Shown: positions 8,213 through 15,294, counted from the stretch's first letter. The stretch: DNA of 32,000 nucleotides from Puniceicoccales bacterium (GCA_031283585.1 JAITBP010000007.1:30001-62000); one strand, 5' to 3'. Translations and numbers: made by a program. Notes: a model not told the origin generated them from the letters alone.

Positions 8213-8734
8213 ATGATAAAAATTTTAATCAAAGGAACCAGAGTTATAATCTGCTGGATATTGCTCCATCACCAGGCCTTCGCATTTGAGCTCAATGGTG
8301 TGATCTATCGTCGGGTTAGGAATATAGAGGATGTGAAAAACATGTACGCTGTTGCATCCAGTCAAAGCAACTACAAGGATGCTGCTACCGTATTAGTTGA
8401 ATCCATTCGCGAGTATATGAACAATGTCACATGTGACCATGACATCGATCTACTTCCATATTTTGACAACAAGATAAAACACCGCAATTATCTATATGGA
8501 AATAAAATTATCGGTAAACTTACTAAAGAAATGGCTAGAAAAAAATTTACGCTTAATCAACCTTTTTCCTACAAAATTGAGTCATCCCGCGTACTATTAA
8601 GACTCGGTGAAAAAAACGAAAAAAGTAAAAAAGCTGAAAAAATTGAAAAAACTGAAAAAGCTGAAAAAAATTCTAAATACCAAAACGTAATAAAAAGAAA
8701 AAGAAGAACTATCCCTTGGCCTAGTGATTTATAA
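8213..8734 (+). CDS. Small secreted protein, paralog C (173 aa)
   Basis: The ATG at 8213 gives the signal-like N-terminus MIKILIKGTRVIICWILLHHQAFA. Family motifs are NGVIY, KNMYAVA, ESIREY, LPYFDN and NKIIGKLTKEM. The C-terminus has a lysine/glutamate repeat (EKNEKSKKAEKIEKTEKAEKNSK) followed by KRKRR. Confidence 0.75.
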   Translation: MIKILIKGTRVIICWILLHHQAFAFELNGVIYRRVRNIEDVKNMYAVASSQSNYKDAATVLVESIREYMNNVTCDHDIDLLPYFDNKIKHRNYLYGNKIIGKLTKEMARKKFTLNQPFSYKIESSRVLLRLGEKNEKSKKAEKIEKTEKAEKNSKYQNVIKRKRRTIPWPSDL

Positions 8735-8742
8735 GGCAAAAC

Positions 8743-8819
8743 TGGTGGGAGATAGTGGACTCGAACCACCGACCCCCTGCGTGTGAAGCAGGTGCTCTAA
8801 CCAGCTGAGCTAATCCCCC
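8743..8819 (-). tRNA. tRNA-Val (anticodon CAC), CCA encoded
   Basis: The minus strand reads GGGGGATTAGCTCAGCTGGTTAGAGCACCTGCTTCACACGCAGGGGGTCGGTGGTTCGAGTCCACTATCTCCCACCA. It has a 7-bp acceptor stem, a GCTC/GAGC D stem, an anticodon stem CCTGC/GCAGG with loop TTCACAC, and a T arm GGTGG-TTCGAGT-CCACT. Length is 77 nt. Confidence 0.9.
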
Positions 8820-9000
8820 AGCAACTAATATGGCCAATGCATAAAAGCTAAAAACATTGTCAATCGCAAATGGTTTTGTAGTCCAAAAATCATCTGTCGA
8901 TGTATCAATTTGTCCATCAAGAATTAATTATAAATGTAAAAAAAATATAAAATCATTGCTTGACCTATTTTGCTATAACGCAAAAATAGATTCAAGTATT

Positions 9001-9981
9001 ATGAAAAACAGAATTATTACAATTGGATTAGTAGGCGCCATTGGATCCCAGGTTTTTCTTGGAAATCTGTACTCCGGTCAAAATGGTGACGAAAATATTA
9101 ATGACGATACAATCGCACAAATAAACATGGATCAAAACATAGAACCGAATATAAATCAAGATGGTCAACAGGAACACGATATTCAAAATGTCGACGATGT
9201 GTTAAATTTCATCGAAAATAACAAACACAATTTCGATGCTATAGTTAATCTATTTAATAGCGTTTCTGATTGCTACGCAAGGGGAGTAAGTCAGGGTAAT
9301 ACCGACGATACCAATTTACTACATGCTTGGATTATCTATAAACAAGGGTCAACAAATGAACCTGAACGTTCAATTTTAGATGAATTATGGGAGAATTTTA
9401 AAAGAAACCTTGGAGGTAAGGCCATAGAAATACCGATGAGAATAGTAGATCTTCAACTGGCTAAACAGATCGACGAGAAAGACCCTATTTTTTTATTATC
9501 CCTCGCATGGGCGATAGACGATATATTGCGTAATTTAATCGAATTCACCGAAGAAGAAACTATCCCATATGAAACCAAACAGCGTATAATCTCAGATATA
9601 ATTAGCATATTAGCGTTGCTAGCGGACAATGGCTATCCTATTTATAGGGTTATTAATAGCATTGGAGATCCAGAACTTTCCGCTATGATAATAGAAAGAT
9701 TAAAAGATAGTTACATTGGAGATACTGCAGCAACTGAGGAATCTGAAGTAAAAGAAGCTACTGAGGAATCTAAATCCCAGGAAAACACTGCAGCAACTGA
9801 GGAACCTGAAGTAAAAGAAGCAACTGAGGAACCTGAATCCCAGGAAAATACTGCAGCAACTGAGGAATCTGAAGTAAAAGAAGCAACTGAGGAATCTGAA
9901 TCCCAGGAAAATACTGAAGCTACCGATAATTCCGATGAATCCTACATTGCGCACACCAGTGACACTGCCAACGACGACTAA
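9001..9981 (+). CDS. Hypothetical secreted protein (326 aa) with C-terminal acidic tandem repeats
   Basis: The ATG at 9001 gives the signal-like N-terminus MKNRIITIGLVGAIGSQVFLGNLYSG. An N/D/Q-rich region and a central domain of unknown function follow. The protein ends in three 21-aa repeats TAATEE(S/P)EVKEATEE(S/P)(K/E)SQEN. The ORF track starts at a TTG at 8857. Confidence 0.75.
   Translation: MKNRIITIGLVGAIGSQVFLGNLYSGQNGDENINDDTIAQINMDQNIEPNINQDGQQEHDIQNVDDVLNFIENNKHNFDAIVNLFNSVSDCYARGVSQGNTDDTNLLHAWIIYKQGSTNEPERSILDELWENFKRNLGGKAIEIPMRIVDLQLAKQIDEKDPIFLLSLAWAIDDILRNLIEFTEEETIPYETKQRIISDIISILALLADNGYPIYRVINSIGDPELSAMIIERLKDSYIGDTAATEESEVKEATEESKSQENTAATEEPEVKEATEEPESQENTAATEESEVKEATEESESQENTEATDNSDESYIAHTSDTANDD
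9724..9912 (+). repeat. Three in-frame tandem copies of a 63-bp unit (9724-9786, 9787-9849, 9850-9912), plus a partial fourth
   Basis: Direct reading shows the units differ at only 2-3 positions pairwise for the pairs I compared (copy 1 vs 3, copy 2 vs 3). Each unit contains two copies of the 15-mer ACTGAGGAA(T/C)CTGAA. Confidence 0.95.
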
Positions 9982-10094
9982 TATGGTTCTTCATATCCAG
10001 AAAAAGGTATCCTGTAGAACCGAAATTTCATGAGGATTACCTGACTGTGCCTTACAACCAGGTTTGTCAAGGCACAACCAAAGTATACTGGTTG

Positions 10095-10132
10095 CAAAGC
10101 AAAAATTCAAACAACCTGGTTCAATAACCAGG
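10095..10132 (-). terminator. Terminator-like hairpin on the minus strand with no annotated minus-strand gene upstream
   Basis: CCTGGTT (10115-10121) and AACCAGG (10126-10132) form a 7-bp stem with a 4-nt loop. On the minus strand it is followed by TTGTTTGAATTTTTGC. Confidence 0.3.
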
Positions 10133-10328
10133 CAGAGATAAAAATCGGACAATGTCACAAAAATATGCCTCCGGTCATAACATGGTAAATAAAACCATTC
10201 ACGATATTTTGCCAGCCCACCCGGCTGTTTAACCAAATTCACAGCTAACAGTCTTGCCCATAGACAAAAAAATCCCTTTTGCTAACTGGTGAGGCTGACC
10301 GTGGATAGGATTAGGTCCGTTAATCCAC

Positions 10329-10349
10329 AAAAAATACCGACGAAGCCGG
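10329..10349 (-). terminator. Terminator-like hairpin on the minus strand in the long intergenic region
   Basis: The minus strand reads CCGGCTTCGTCGG (10349-10337; 5 bp including one G-U pair, 3-nt loop), followed by TATTTTTTG. Confidence 0.3.
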
Positions 10350-10418
10350 ATGATAGATAAATCAATAAGTTAGTGTTGATTTTTATCCTATCATTCATTC
10401 CATATAGCTCAAAATCAA

Positions 10419-11096
10419 ATGGGTACTCTAGACATACGACAATCCATTGTCTGCTATTTATTGTTTGTTTTATCCATCAGTATCCATGAGTTTTCTCATG
10501 CATTTGTCGCCTATCTGTTCGGAGATTCCACAGCGAAGACCTATGGGAGGATGACACTGAACCCGTTGGCTCACCTAGACCTAATAGGCACAGTCCTCAT
10601 ACCATTGACCATGATGATAGTTCCCTGTAACATCGCCATTGTGGGTTGGGGTAGGCCGGTTCCAGTGGATATTCGCAACTTTAAGTACAGAACCATTGGC
10701 GATATCTGCACCAATTTGGCTGGGCCTTTTTCAAACCTAATTGTGGCAACTTTTCTTATGATCATTAATTGTTCACCCTGGTTTTGTCATAACAATGTGG
10801 TCCGGCATTTACTTGCCATTGCGGCTTGCATGAATATATCCTTGGCGATTTTTAACCTACTGCCGCTGCCGCCACTGGATGGTTCGTGTCTATTAAAATA
10901 TGTGACAAATATGAGTGAAGAGGCTTTTTTGATGATATCCCAATGGTCCTATATTATCATGCTGGTCTTGATAAATTTGCCGCAATTTCGACATCTTCTA
11001 TTTAACGCCATAAACTACACATTTTATGGAATTGGTTATCTTAGTTGTAAAATCGTAGGTACCACAGAAGATATGTTGTTTTCCTTCATAAAGTAA
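10419..11096 (+). CDS. M50-family (site-2 protease-like) membrane zinc metalloprotease
   Basis: HEFSHAF (HExxH) sits in the first TM segment, and NLLPLPPLDGS (the NxxPxxxLDG motif) in a later TM segment. The protein is polytopic and hydrophobic. Confidence 0.85.
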   Translation: MGTLDIRQSIVCYLLFVLSISIHEFSHAFVAYLFGDSTAKTYGRMTLNPLAHLDLIGTVLIPLTMMIVPCNIAIVGWGRPVPVDIRNFKYRTIGDICTNLAGPFSNLIVATFLMIINCSPWFCHNNVVRHLLAIAACMNISLAIFNLLPLPPLDGSCLLKYVTNMSEEAFLMISQWSYIIMLVLINLPQFRHLLFNAINYTFYGIGYLSCKIVGTTEDMLFSFIK

Positions 11097-11107
11097 ACAA
11101 ACAGACC

Positions 11108-12022
11108 ATGACTAAAGCAAAGTTAAAGTTACCACAATATTTGGTGGCCGAGTATCCATTTGATAACAATTTTTTCGAGGATGAAAATGGCCATAAATTA
11201 CACTATGTGGATGAAGGCAAAGGTGATGTTGTGCTTATGCTCCATGGCAATCCAACCTGGTCCTATTACTATAGAAATTTAATAAAATCTCTGGCCAACG
11301 AGTTTCGGTGCGTTGCCCTTGATCATCTGGGCTGCGGCCTATCTGACAAACCCCAGGACTATAACTACTGTCTGGCAAACCACATAAAGAACGCACGCCG
11401 GCTGGCCGAAAGTCTCGACTTTGGCAAATTTCACCTGGTGATGCACGACTGGGGCTGCGCCATAGGCATGGCTCTGGCCGAAAGGTGGCCTGAGCGAATC
11501 ATAAGCATTACCGTAATGAACGGAGCCGCGTTCCTATCCAAAAAGATACCGAAGCGAATAAATTTTTGCAGGGTGTCTCCGATTGCTAAGTTTCTTGTGC
11601 TTGGCCTGAATGCGTTTGCGCTGGGTTCCAGTTACATGTCCGTTAACTATCCAATGAGCAATAACATACGGCGCGGATACCTCTATCCCTATGATTCCTG
11701 GGAAAACCGAATTGCCCTGCTGCGGTTCGTGCAGGACATACCCATGGATCGTGACCATAAATCCTGGGAAACCCTGGCAAAAATAGACGATAACCTGGAT
11801 ATTCTTGGCCAGAAGAAATCACTTATCCTATGGGGCCAGAAGGACTTCTGTTTCACCGGCACATTTCTCAGGACCTGGACCGATGTTTTTGAAAATGCGC
11901 ATGTGATAAAACTGGAGGACTGCGGCCACTATGTCCTCGAAGACGCCAAAACCCTGGGAACTGAAACTATAAAGAATTTTCTATCAAGTACATGTAAACC
12001 AAACATAGTCATGTACAGCTAG
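11108..12022 (+). CDS. Alpha/beta-fold hydrolase, haloalkane-dehalogenase-like subfamily
   Basis: HGNPTWSYYYRN is the oxyanion/halide-binding-type motif. MHDWGCAIG provides an Asp nucleophile in a DWG context. CGHYVLED supplies the C-terminal His. Confidence 0.8.
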   Translation: MTKAKLKLPQYLVAEYPFDNNFFEDENGHKLHYVDEGKGDVVLMLHGNPTWSYYYRNLIKSLANEFRCVALDHLGCGLSDKPQDYNYCLANHIKNARRLAESLDFGKFHLVMHDWGCAIGMALAERWPERIISITVMNGAAFLSKKIPKRINFCRVSPIAKFLVLGLNAFALGSSYMSVNYPMSNNIRRGYLYPYDSWENRIALLRFVQDIPMDRDHKSWETLAKIDDNLDILGQKKSLILWGQKDFCFTGTFLRTWTDVFENAHVIKLEDCGHYVLEDAKTLGTETIKNFLSSTCKPNIVMYS

Positions 12023-12030
12023 GCCAAAAA

Positions 12031-12858
12031 TCACAATTGGCAGAAAGTTTCGATAAAAACCTGGGGCAAAGAAAATGATTTGCCCAGCTCGCTGGCCAGG
12101 GCCATAATTCCAAAACGTTCCGTTGCGTAATGTCCACATACGTAAACGTTTAGCCCATGTTCATAGGCCTGGGAATAGCCATGTTGTTTGCACTCGCCGG
12201 TTATAAACGTATCGATGCCAAAATCGCCCAAAGAAGGGATTGCCTGGCCTCCACCACCGGAAATTATGGCAAGTTTTTTTACCATCGATGGGCCAAATTC
12301 CATCCGGATCACCCGGGCAAATTTATTTGTTAATCTACCGGCAAGCTCTTCTCTATCAATGGGATCATTCACAACAGCAGCAATTTTCACCTCATGAAAA
12401 CCCAGGGATTCAAAACTCGAAACGGTCAGTCCAAGCTCCCGGGCCAGAATGGCATTATTCCCAATCTCCGGGTGAGCGTCCAACGGCAAGTGTGCGCTAT
12501 AAACCGCCATGTCGCTATCTATCAACGCCTTATATTTTGCATAGACCTCATCAACGACCGGCGTTGACCTGGACCAGAATAGGCCGTGGTGGGCCAACAA
12601 CAGGTCCGCACCGGCTTCCCTGGCCAGGCAGATTGACTCCAGCGAGGCGTCCACCGCAGCAGCCACCTTGGAAACCCTTCCAGAATTCGCAAATTGTAAC
12701 CCATTAAATGCGTTGGGATAGTCGAAGGTTTCTTTGACATTAAGCCTTTTATTGCAATAGGTTACGACTTCATCCAGAGTTACATTCACAGCCTCTGAAG
12801 CTTCATAATTAGACAAAACATTGCAAACGAATAAATAGCGTCGGCGAAAAACATCCAA
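12031..12858 (-). CDS. Nif3-family dinuclear metal-centre protein (YbgI-like)
   Basis: Motifs LLLAHHGLFW, VYSAHLPLDAHPEIGNN, DTFITGE and VCGHYATE. The ORF-track start at 12858 overlaps mreD by 73 nt. An in-frame GTG at 12789 would form a GTGA start/stop overlap with mreD and give about 252 aa, which may be the true start. Confidence 0.85.
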   Translation of the reverse strand: MDVFRRRYLFVCNVLSNYEASEAVNVTLDEVVTYCNKRLNVKETFDYPNAFNGLQFANSGRVSKVAAAVDASLESICLAREAGADLLLAHHGLFWSRSTPVVDEVYAKYKALIDSDMAVYSAHLPLDAHPEIGNNAILARELGLTVSSFESLGFHEVKIAAVVNDPIDREELAGRLTNKFARVIRMEFGPSMVKKLAIISGGGGQAIPSLGDFGIDTFITGECKQHGYSQAYEHGLNVYVCGHYATERFGIMALASELGKSFSLPQVFIETFCQL

Positions 12859-13256
12859 CCATCACAGGGGCCGCAAAATCCATAGAGCGCAACCCAGTAA
12901 ATGAATATCAACATCTTCCTGGCCGGACACATAAGAAACAACAGGTTAATCGCCAGCGAGGCAAACTGGGCATTGACCAAAAATCGGAATCCAGTGGCTC
13001 TAGAATACAGGCTGCCAACGATCACCGCCATAAAAATTCCGCCAATTTTTCCAAAAATCTCGACGGATACTAGGAAAGCAAATGGGCAAAACATAAACGC
13101 CCTTAGCCCAAACCCATAGCCGATAAAATTTGCCAAGTCCTCGGCCAGCAAAGCCATGGCCAACGCCAACAAATACATCAGTGGCCGACCACTTCTGGGC
13201 CTCGTATTAGCCTCGCCGTAAAGCGGTATGGAACTGCCATGCCTTATTCCCAGCAT
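12786..13256 (-). CDS. mreD: Rod shape-determining protein MreD (polytopic membrane protein)
   Basis: A hydrophobic multi-pass 156-aa protein that starts 3 nt after the mreC stop. The call rests on the conserved mreB-mreC-mreD gene order rather than on motifs. Confidence 0.7.
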   Translation of the reverse strand: MLGIRHGSSIPLYGEANTRPRSGRPLMYLLALAMALLAEDLANFIGYGFGLRAFMFCPFAFLVSVEIFGKIGGIFMAVIVGSLYSRATGFRFLVNAQFASLAINLLFLMCPARKMLIFIYWVALYGFCGPCDGWMFFADAIYSFAMFCLIMKLQRL

Positions 13257-13259
13257 AAT

Positions 13260-14069
13260 CTAACGTTGTTTCACAAAAATCATCACCTCACGCAAGTCTT
13301 TCAATGCCATAGGGATTTCGCACTCTGCATCGAAGTAAACACCGTTGCCACGGATTTTTTTTGTCAGACTGCAAACAAATAAATTTCCAGGAAAATTGGA
13401 ACTCAACTCGCAGCTAACCACCCGGGTTTCCCTGGCATCAAATAAATCCTGCGGAAGATCGGAAAGCTTTCCAACTCTTTTAAGCCCAACGTGTTTCGTT
13501 CCACAAAAAACAAATGGCCGCGGATCCTCGCCCAGCTTGACAGCCATCCTAAAATTTGGGCTGCTAATAAGCTCCACCACCGCCTTATTCTTAAAAACCT
13601 CTGAAATTTTTCCTCCAACGCCACCGGCATAACCCACTCCGTCACCGACACTTAGGCCATCCACCTCGCCTTTATTTATCCAGAGCCGATCCCACCAGGC
13701 CGAAATGTCCCGGCCAATCACCTCGGCATAAACCACCTGGTATTTCTCCGGAGCTTTCATCTCAAGCAGCCCACGCAACCTGGCATTCTCCGCCTCTAAC
13801 TCAGCGCATTTATTTTTGAATTCATCGTGATCCAGATTTTTATTGTATAAATCCAGTGAAAGGCCAACCAACTCATCCTTCGATAGCAGTTGAATTCTGA
13901 GCGGATCCAACAGCCAATCCAGCTTCGAGGTGAGGCAAACCGGCCAGGTCCTCGGACTCAGCAAACCATTGACATCGAAGCTGAAAAGAGATGAAAGGAT
14001 TCGGCCGATGACCAAGCAAATTGCAATAACTCCAATGATACTGCACAGCCTGCGAACCTCACTCTTCAT
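13260..14069 (-). CDS. mreC: Rod shape-determining protein MreC
   Basis: N-terminal TM segment, a coiled-coil segment CAELEAENARLRGLLEMK, then a beta-rich domain with GDGVGYAGGVGGKISEV. It overlaps the mreB stop by 11 nt. Confidence 0.8.
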   Translation of the reverse strand: MKSEVRRLCSIIGVIAICLVIGRILSSLFSFDVNGLLSPRTWPVCLTSKLDWLLDPLRIQLLSKDELVGLSLDLYNKNLDHDEFKNKCAELEAENARLRGLLEMKAPEKYQVVYAEVIGRDISAWWDRLWINKGEVDGLSVGDGVGYAGGVGGKISEVFKNKAVVELISSPNFRMAVKLGEDPRPFVFCGTKHVGLKRVGKLSDLPQDLFDARETRVVSCELSSNFPGNLFVCSLTKKIRGNGVYFDAECEIPMALKDLREVMIFVKQR

Positions 14070-15102
14070 CTAACCAAAGACCCAGATCTTGCAGCACAGT
14101 ACCCGTACCATTCGCGACGGCACTCAGCGGATCATCGGAAACGACGACTGGCAACCCGGTGGCATTACTTATCGCCACATTTAACCGCCGAATCATCGAT
14201 CCACCGCCGGCGAGAACTATGCCCCGGTCGACCAGATCCGCCGACAATTCCGGTGGACATTTCTCCAGTGCCGCCTTCACCACTTCGACAATACCTCGGA
14301 CAGAACCAGTTATGGCATCGCGGACCTCCTGCGAAGTTATCTTTATTGTGCGCGGAAGACCAATGATAGCGTCCCGGCCCTTGATCAACATATCAAGCTC
14401 GTCATCCAGCGGCGCCGCCGAACCAATCTTGATTTTTATGTCCTCGGCCGTCCTCTCGCCGATTATCAAATTGTACATTTTTTTGACATAGGCAATGATT
14501 GAATCGTCAATTTCATCGCCACCAATACGAATGCTTTGGGAAAATACAACGCCACTGAGCGACAAAATCGCAACCTCGGTGGTACCGCCGCCGATGTCAA
14601 CAATCATACTCGCCGCCGGTTCATCTATGGGTAACCCAACTCCAATTGCCGCTGCCACAGGCTCTTGTAACAACAAAACATCCCGGGCTCCGGCATGAAT
14701 GGCCGACTCCTTTACGGCCCGGCGTTCGACTTCGGTTATGCCCGATGGCACTGCAACTACAACCCGCGGAGGTATAAACTTAACGCTAGGCGATGCCTTG
14801 TTTATAAAATAACGCAGCATGGCTTCGGTGACATCAAAGTCGGCAATTACACCATCCTTCATAGGCCTTATGGCAGTGATATTGCCAGGAGTTCGGCCAA
14901 GCATACGCTTTGCTTCGAGACCAACGGCCCGGACTCGCCGCGAATTCGTATACACAGCCACCACACTCGGCTCTCTTATTATAATACCACGATCTTTGGC
15001 AAAAACAAGGGTATTAGCGGTTCCCAGGTCAATACCAATATCATGGGACAGAAATCCAAGCATTCTTCCAATGTTGTTTTTAAATTTTTGCAACAACCTC
15101 AT
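14059..15102 (-). CDS. mreB: Rod shape-determining actin homolog MreB
   Basis: Actin-fold motifs DIGIDLGTANTLVF, IVDIGGGTTEVAI and GIVLAGGGS. Length is 347 aa. Confidence 0.95.
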   Translation of the reverse strand: MRLLQKFKNNIGRMLGFLSHDIGIDLGTANTLVFAKDRGIIIREPSVVAVYTNSRRVRAVGLEAKRMLGRTPGNITAIRPMKDGVIADFDVTEAMLRYFINKASPSVKFIPPRVVVAVPSGITEVERRAVKESAIHAGARDVLLLQEPVAAAIGVGLPIDEPAASMIVDIGGGTTEVAILSLSGVVFSQSIRIGGDEIDDSIIAYVKKMYNLIIGERTAEDIKIKIGSAAPLDDELDMLIKGRDAIIGLPRTIKITSQEVRDAITGSVRGIVEVVKAALEKCPPELSADLVDRGIVLAGGGSMIRRLNVAISNATGLPVVVSDDPLSAVANGTGTVLQDLGLWLDEE

Positions 15103-15135
15103 CTATATAACTGTCAAGCAAAACAAATGCCTAGG

Positions 15136-15165
15136 ACTATACAAAGTATTTTTGTTACTTTGCAA
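15136..15165 (-). promoter_or_regulatory. Sigma70-like promoter candidate for mreBCD
   Basis: On the minus strand, TTGCAA (15165-15160), an 18-nt spacer, then TATAGT (15141-15136). It lies about 34 nt upstream of the mreB ATG at 15102. Confidence 0.3.
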
Positions 15166-15209
15166 ACATATTTATTAAATAAATCAGGAAACACACGGTG
15201 CAAACAAAA

Positions 15210-15294
15210 TGGTGCTCAGAAAGGGACTCGAACCCTTACGCCCTGCGGCACCAGATCCTAAGTCTGGCGTGTCTGCCAATTCCACCACCTGAGC
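15210..15294 (-). tRNA. tRNA-Leu (anticodon TAG), long variable arm, CCA encoded
   Basis: The minus strand reads GCTCAGGTGGTGGAATTGGCAGACACGCCAGACTTAGGATCTGGTGCCGCAAGGGCGTAAGGGTTCGAGTCCCTTTCTGAGCACCA. The anticodon stem is CCAGA/TCTGG with loop CTTAGGA. Length is 85 nt. Confidence 0.9.

Noticed and set aside
7011-9000. The longer ORF-track versions of paralog A (TTG at 7011), paralog C (TTG at 8162) and the repeat protein (TTG at 8857).
   Set aside because: In each case an internal ATG (7110, 8213, 9001) immediately precedes a signal-peptide-like hydrophobic segment. The upstream extensions are not conserved among the paralogs. The TTG at 8162 coincides with a -35-like hexamer.
9724-9912. 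Considered whether the 63-bp tandem repeats could be a CRISPR array.
   Set aside because: The copies are directly adjacent with no spacers, are in frame within a CDS, and contain no palindromic repeat core. This is a coding tandem repeat.
9700-9954. Minus-strand 84-aa ORF with a repetitive FLGFRFLSCFFYFRFLSCCS sequence.
   Set aside because: It is the antisense reading of the 63-bp acidic repeats. Its periodicity is inherited from the plus-strand CDS, which has a signal peptide and continuous coding context.
9991-10242. 83-aa Cys-rich minus-strand ORF in the long intergenic region.
   Set aside because: It has a GTG start, no Shine-Dalgarno and no motifs. A terminator-like hairpin with a T-tract (10132-10095, same strand) lies inside it. 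I keep it only as part of the intergenic-region finding.
12240-12707. 155-aa P/R/G/Q-rich plus-strand ORF, plus neighbouring ORFs at 12188-12397 and 12522-12740.
   Set aside because: They lie antisense to, or out of frame with, the well-supported nif3 gene. Their composition is typical of off-frame reading of GC-richer coding DNA.
14159-15261. Plus-strand ORFs opposite mreB (14159-14491, 14495-14698, 14695-15261, 14819-15178).
   Set aside because: They are antisense to mreB. The 14695-15261 ORF also runs through tRNA-Leu(TAG); its ...GTRTLTPCGTRS tail is a translated tRNA.
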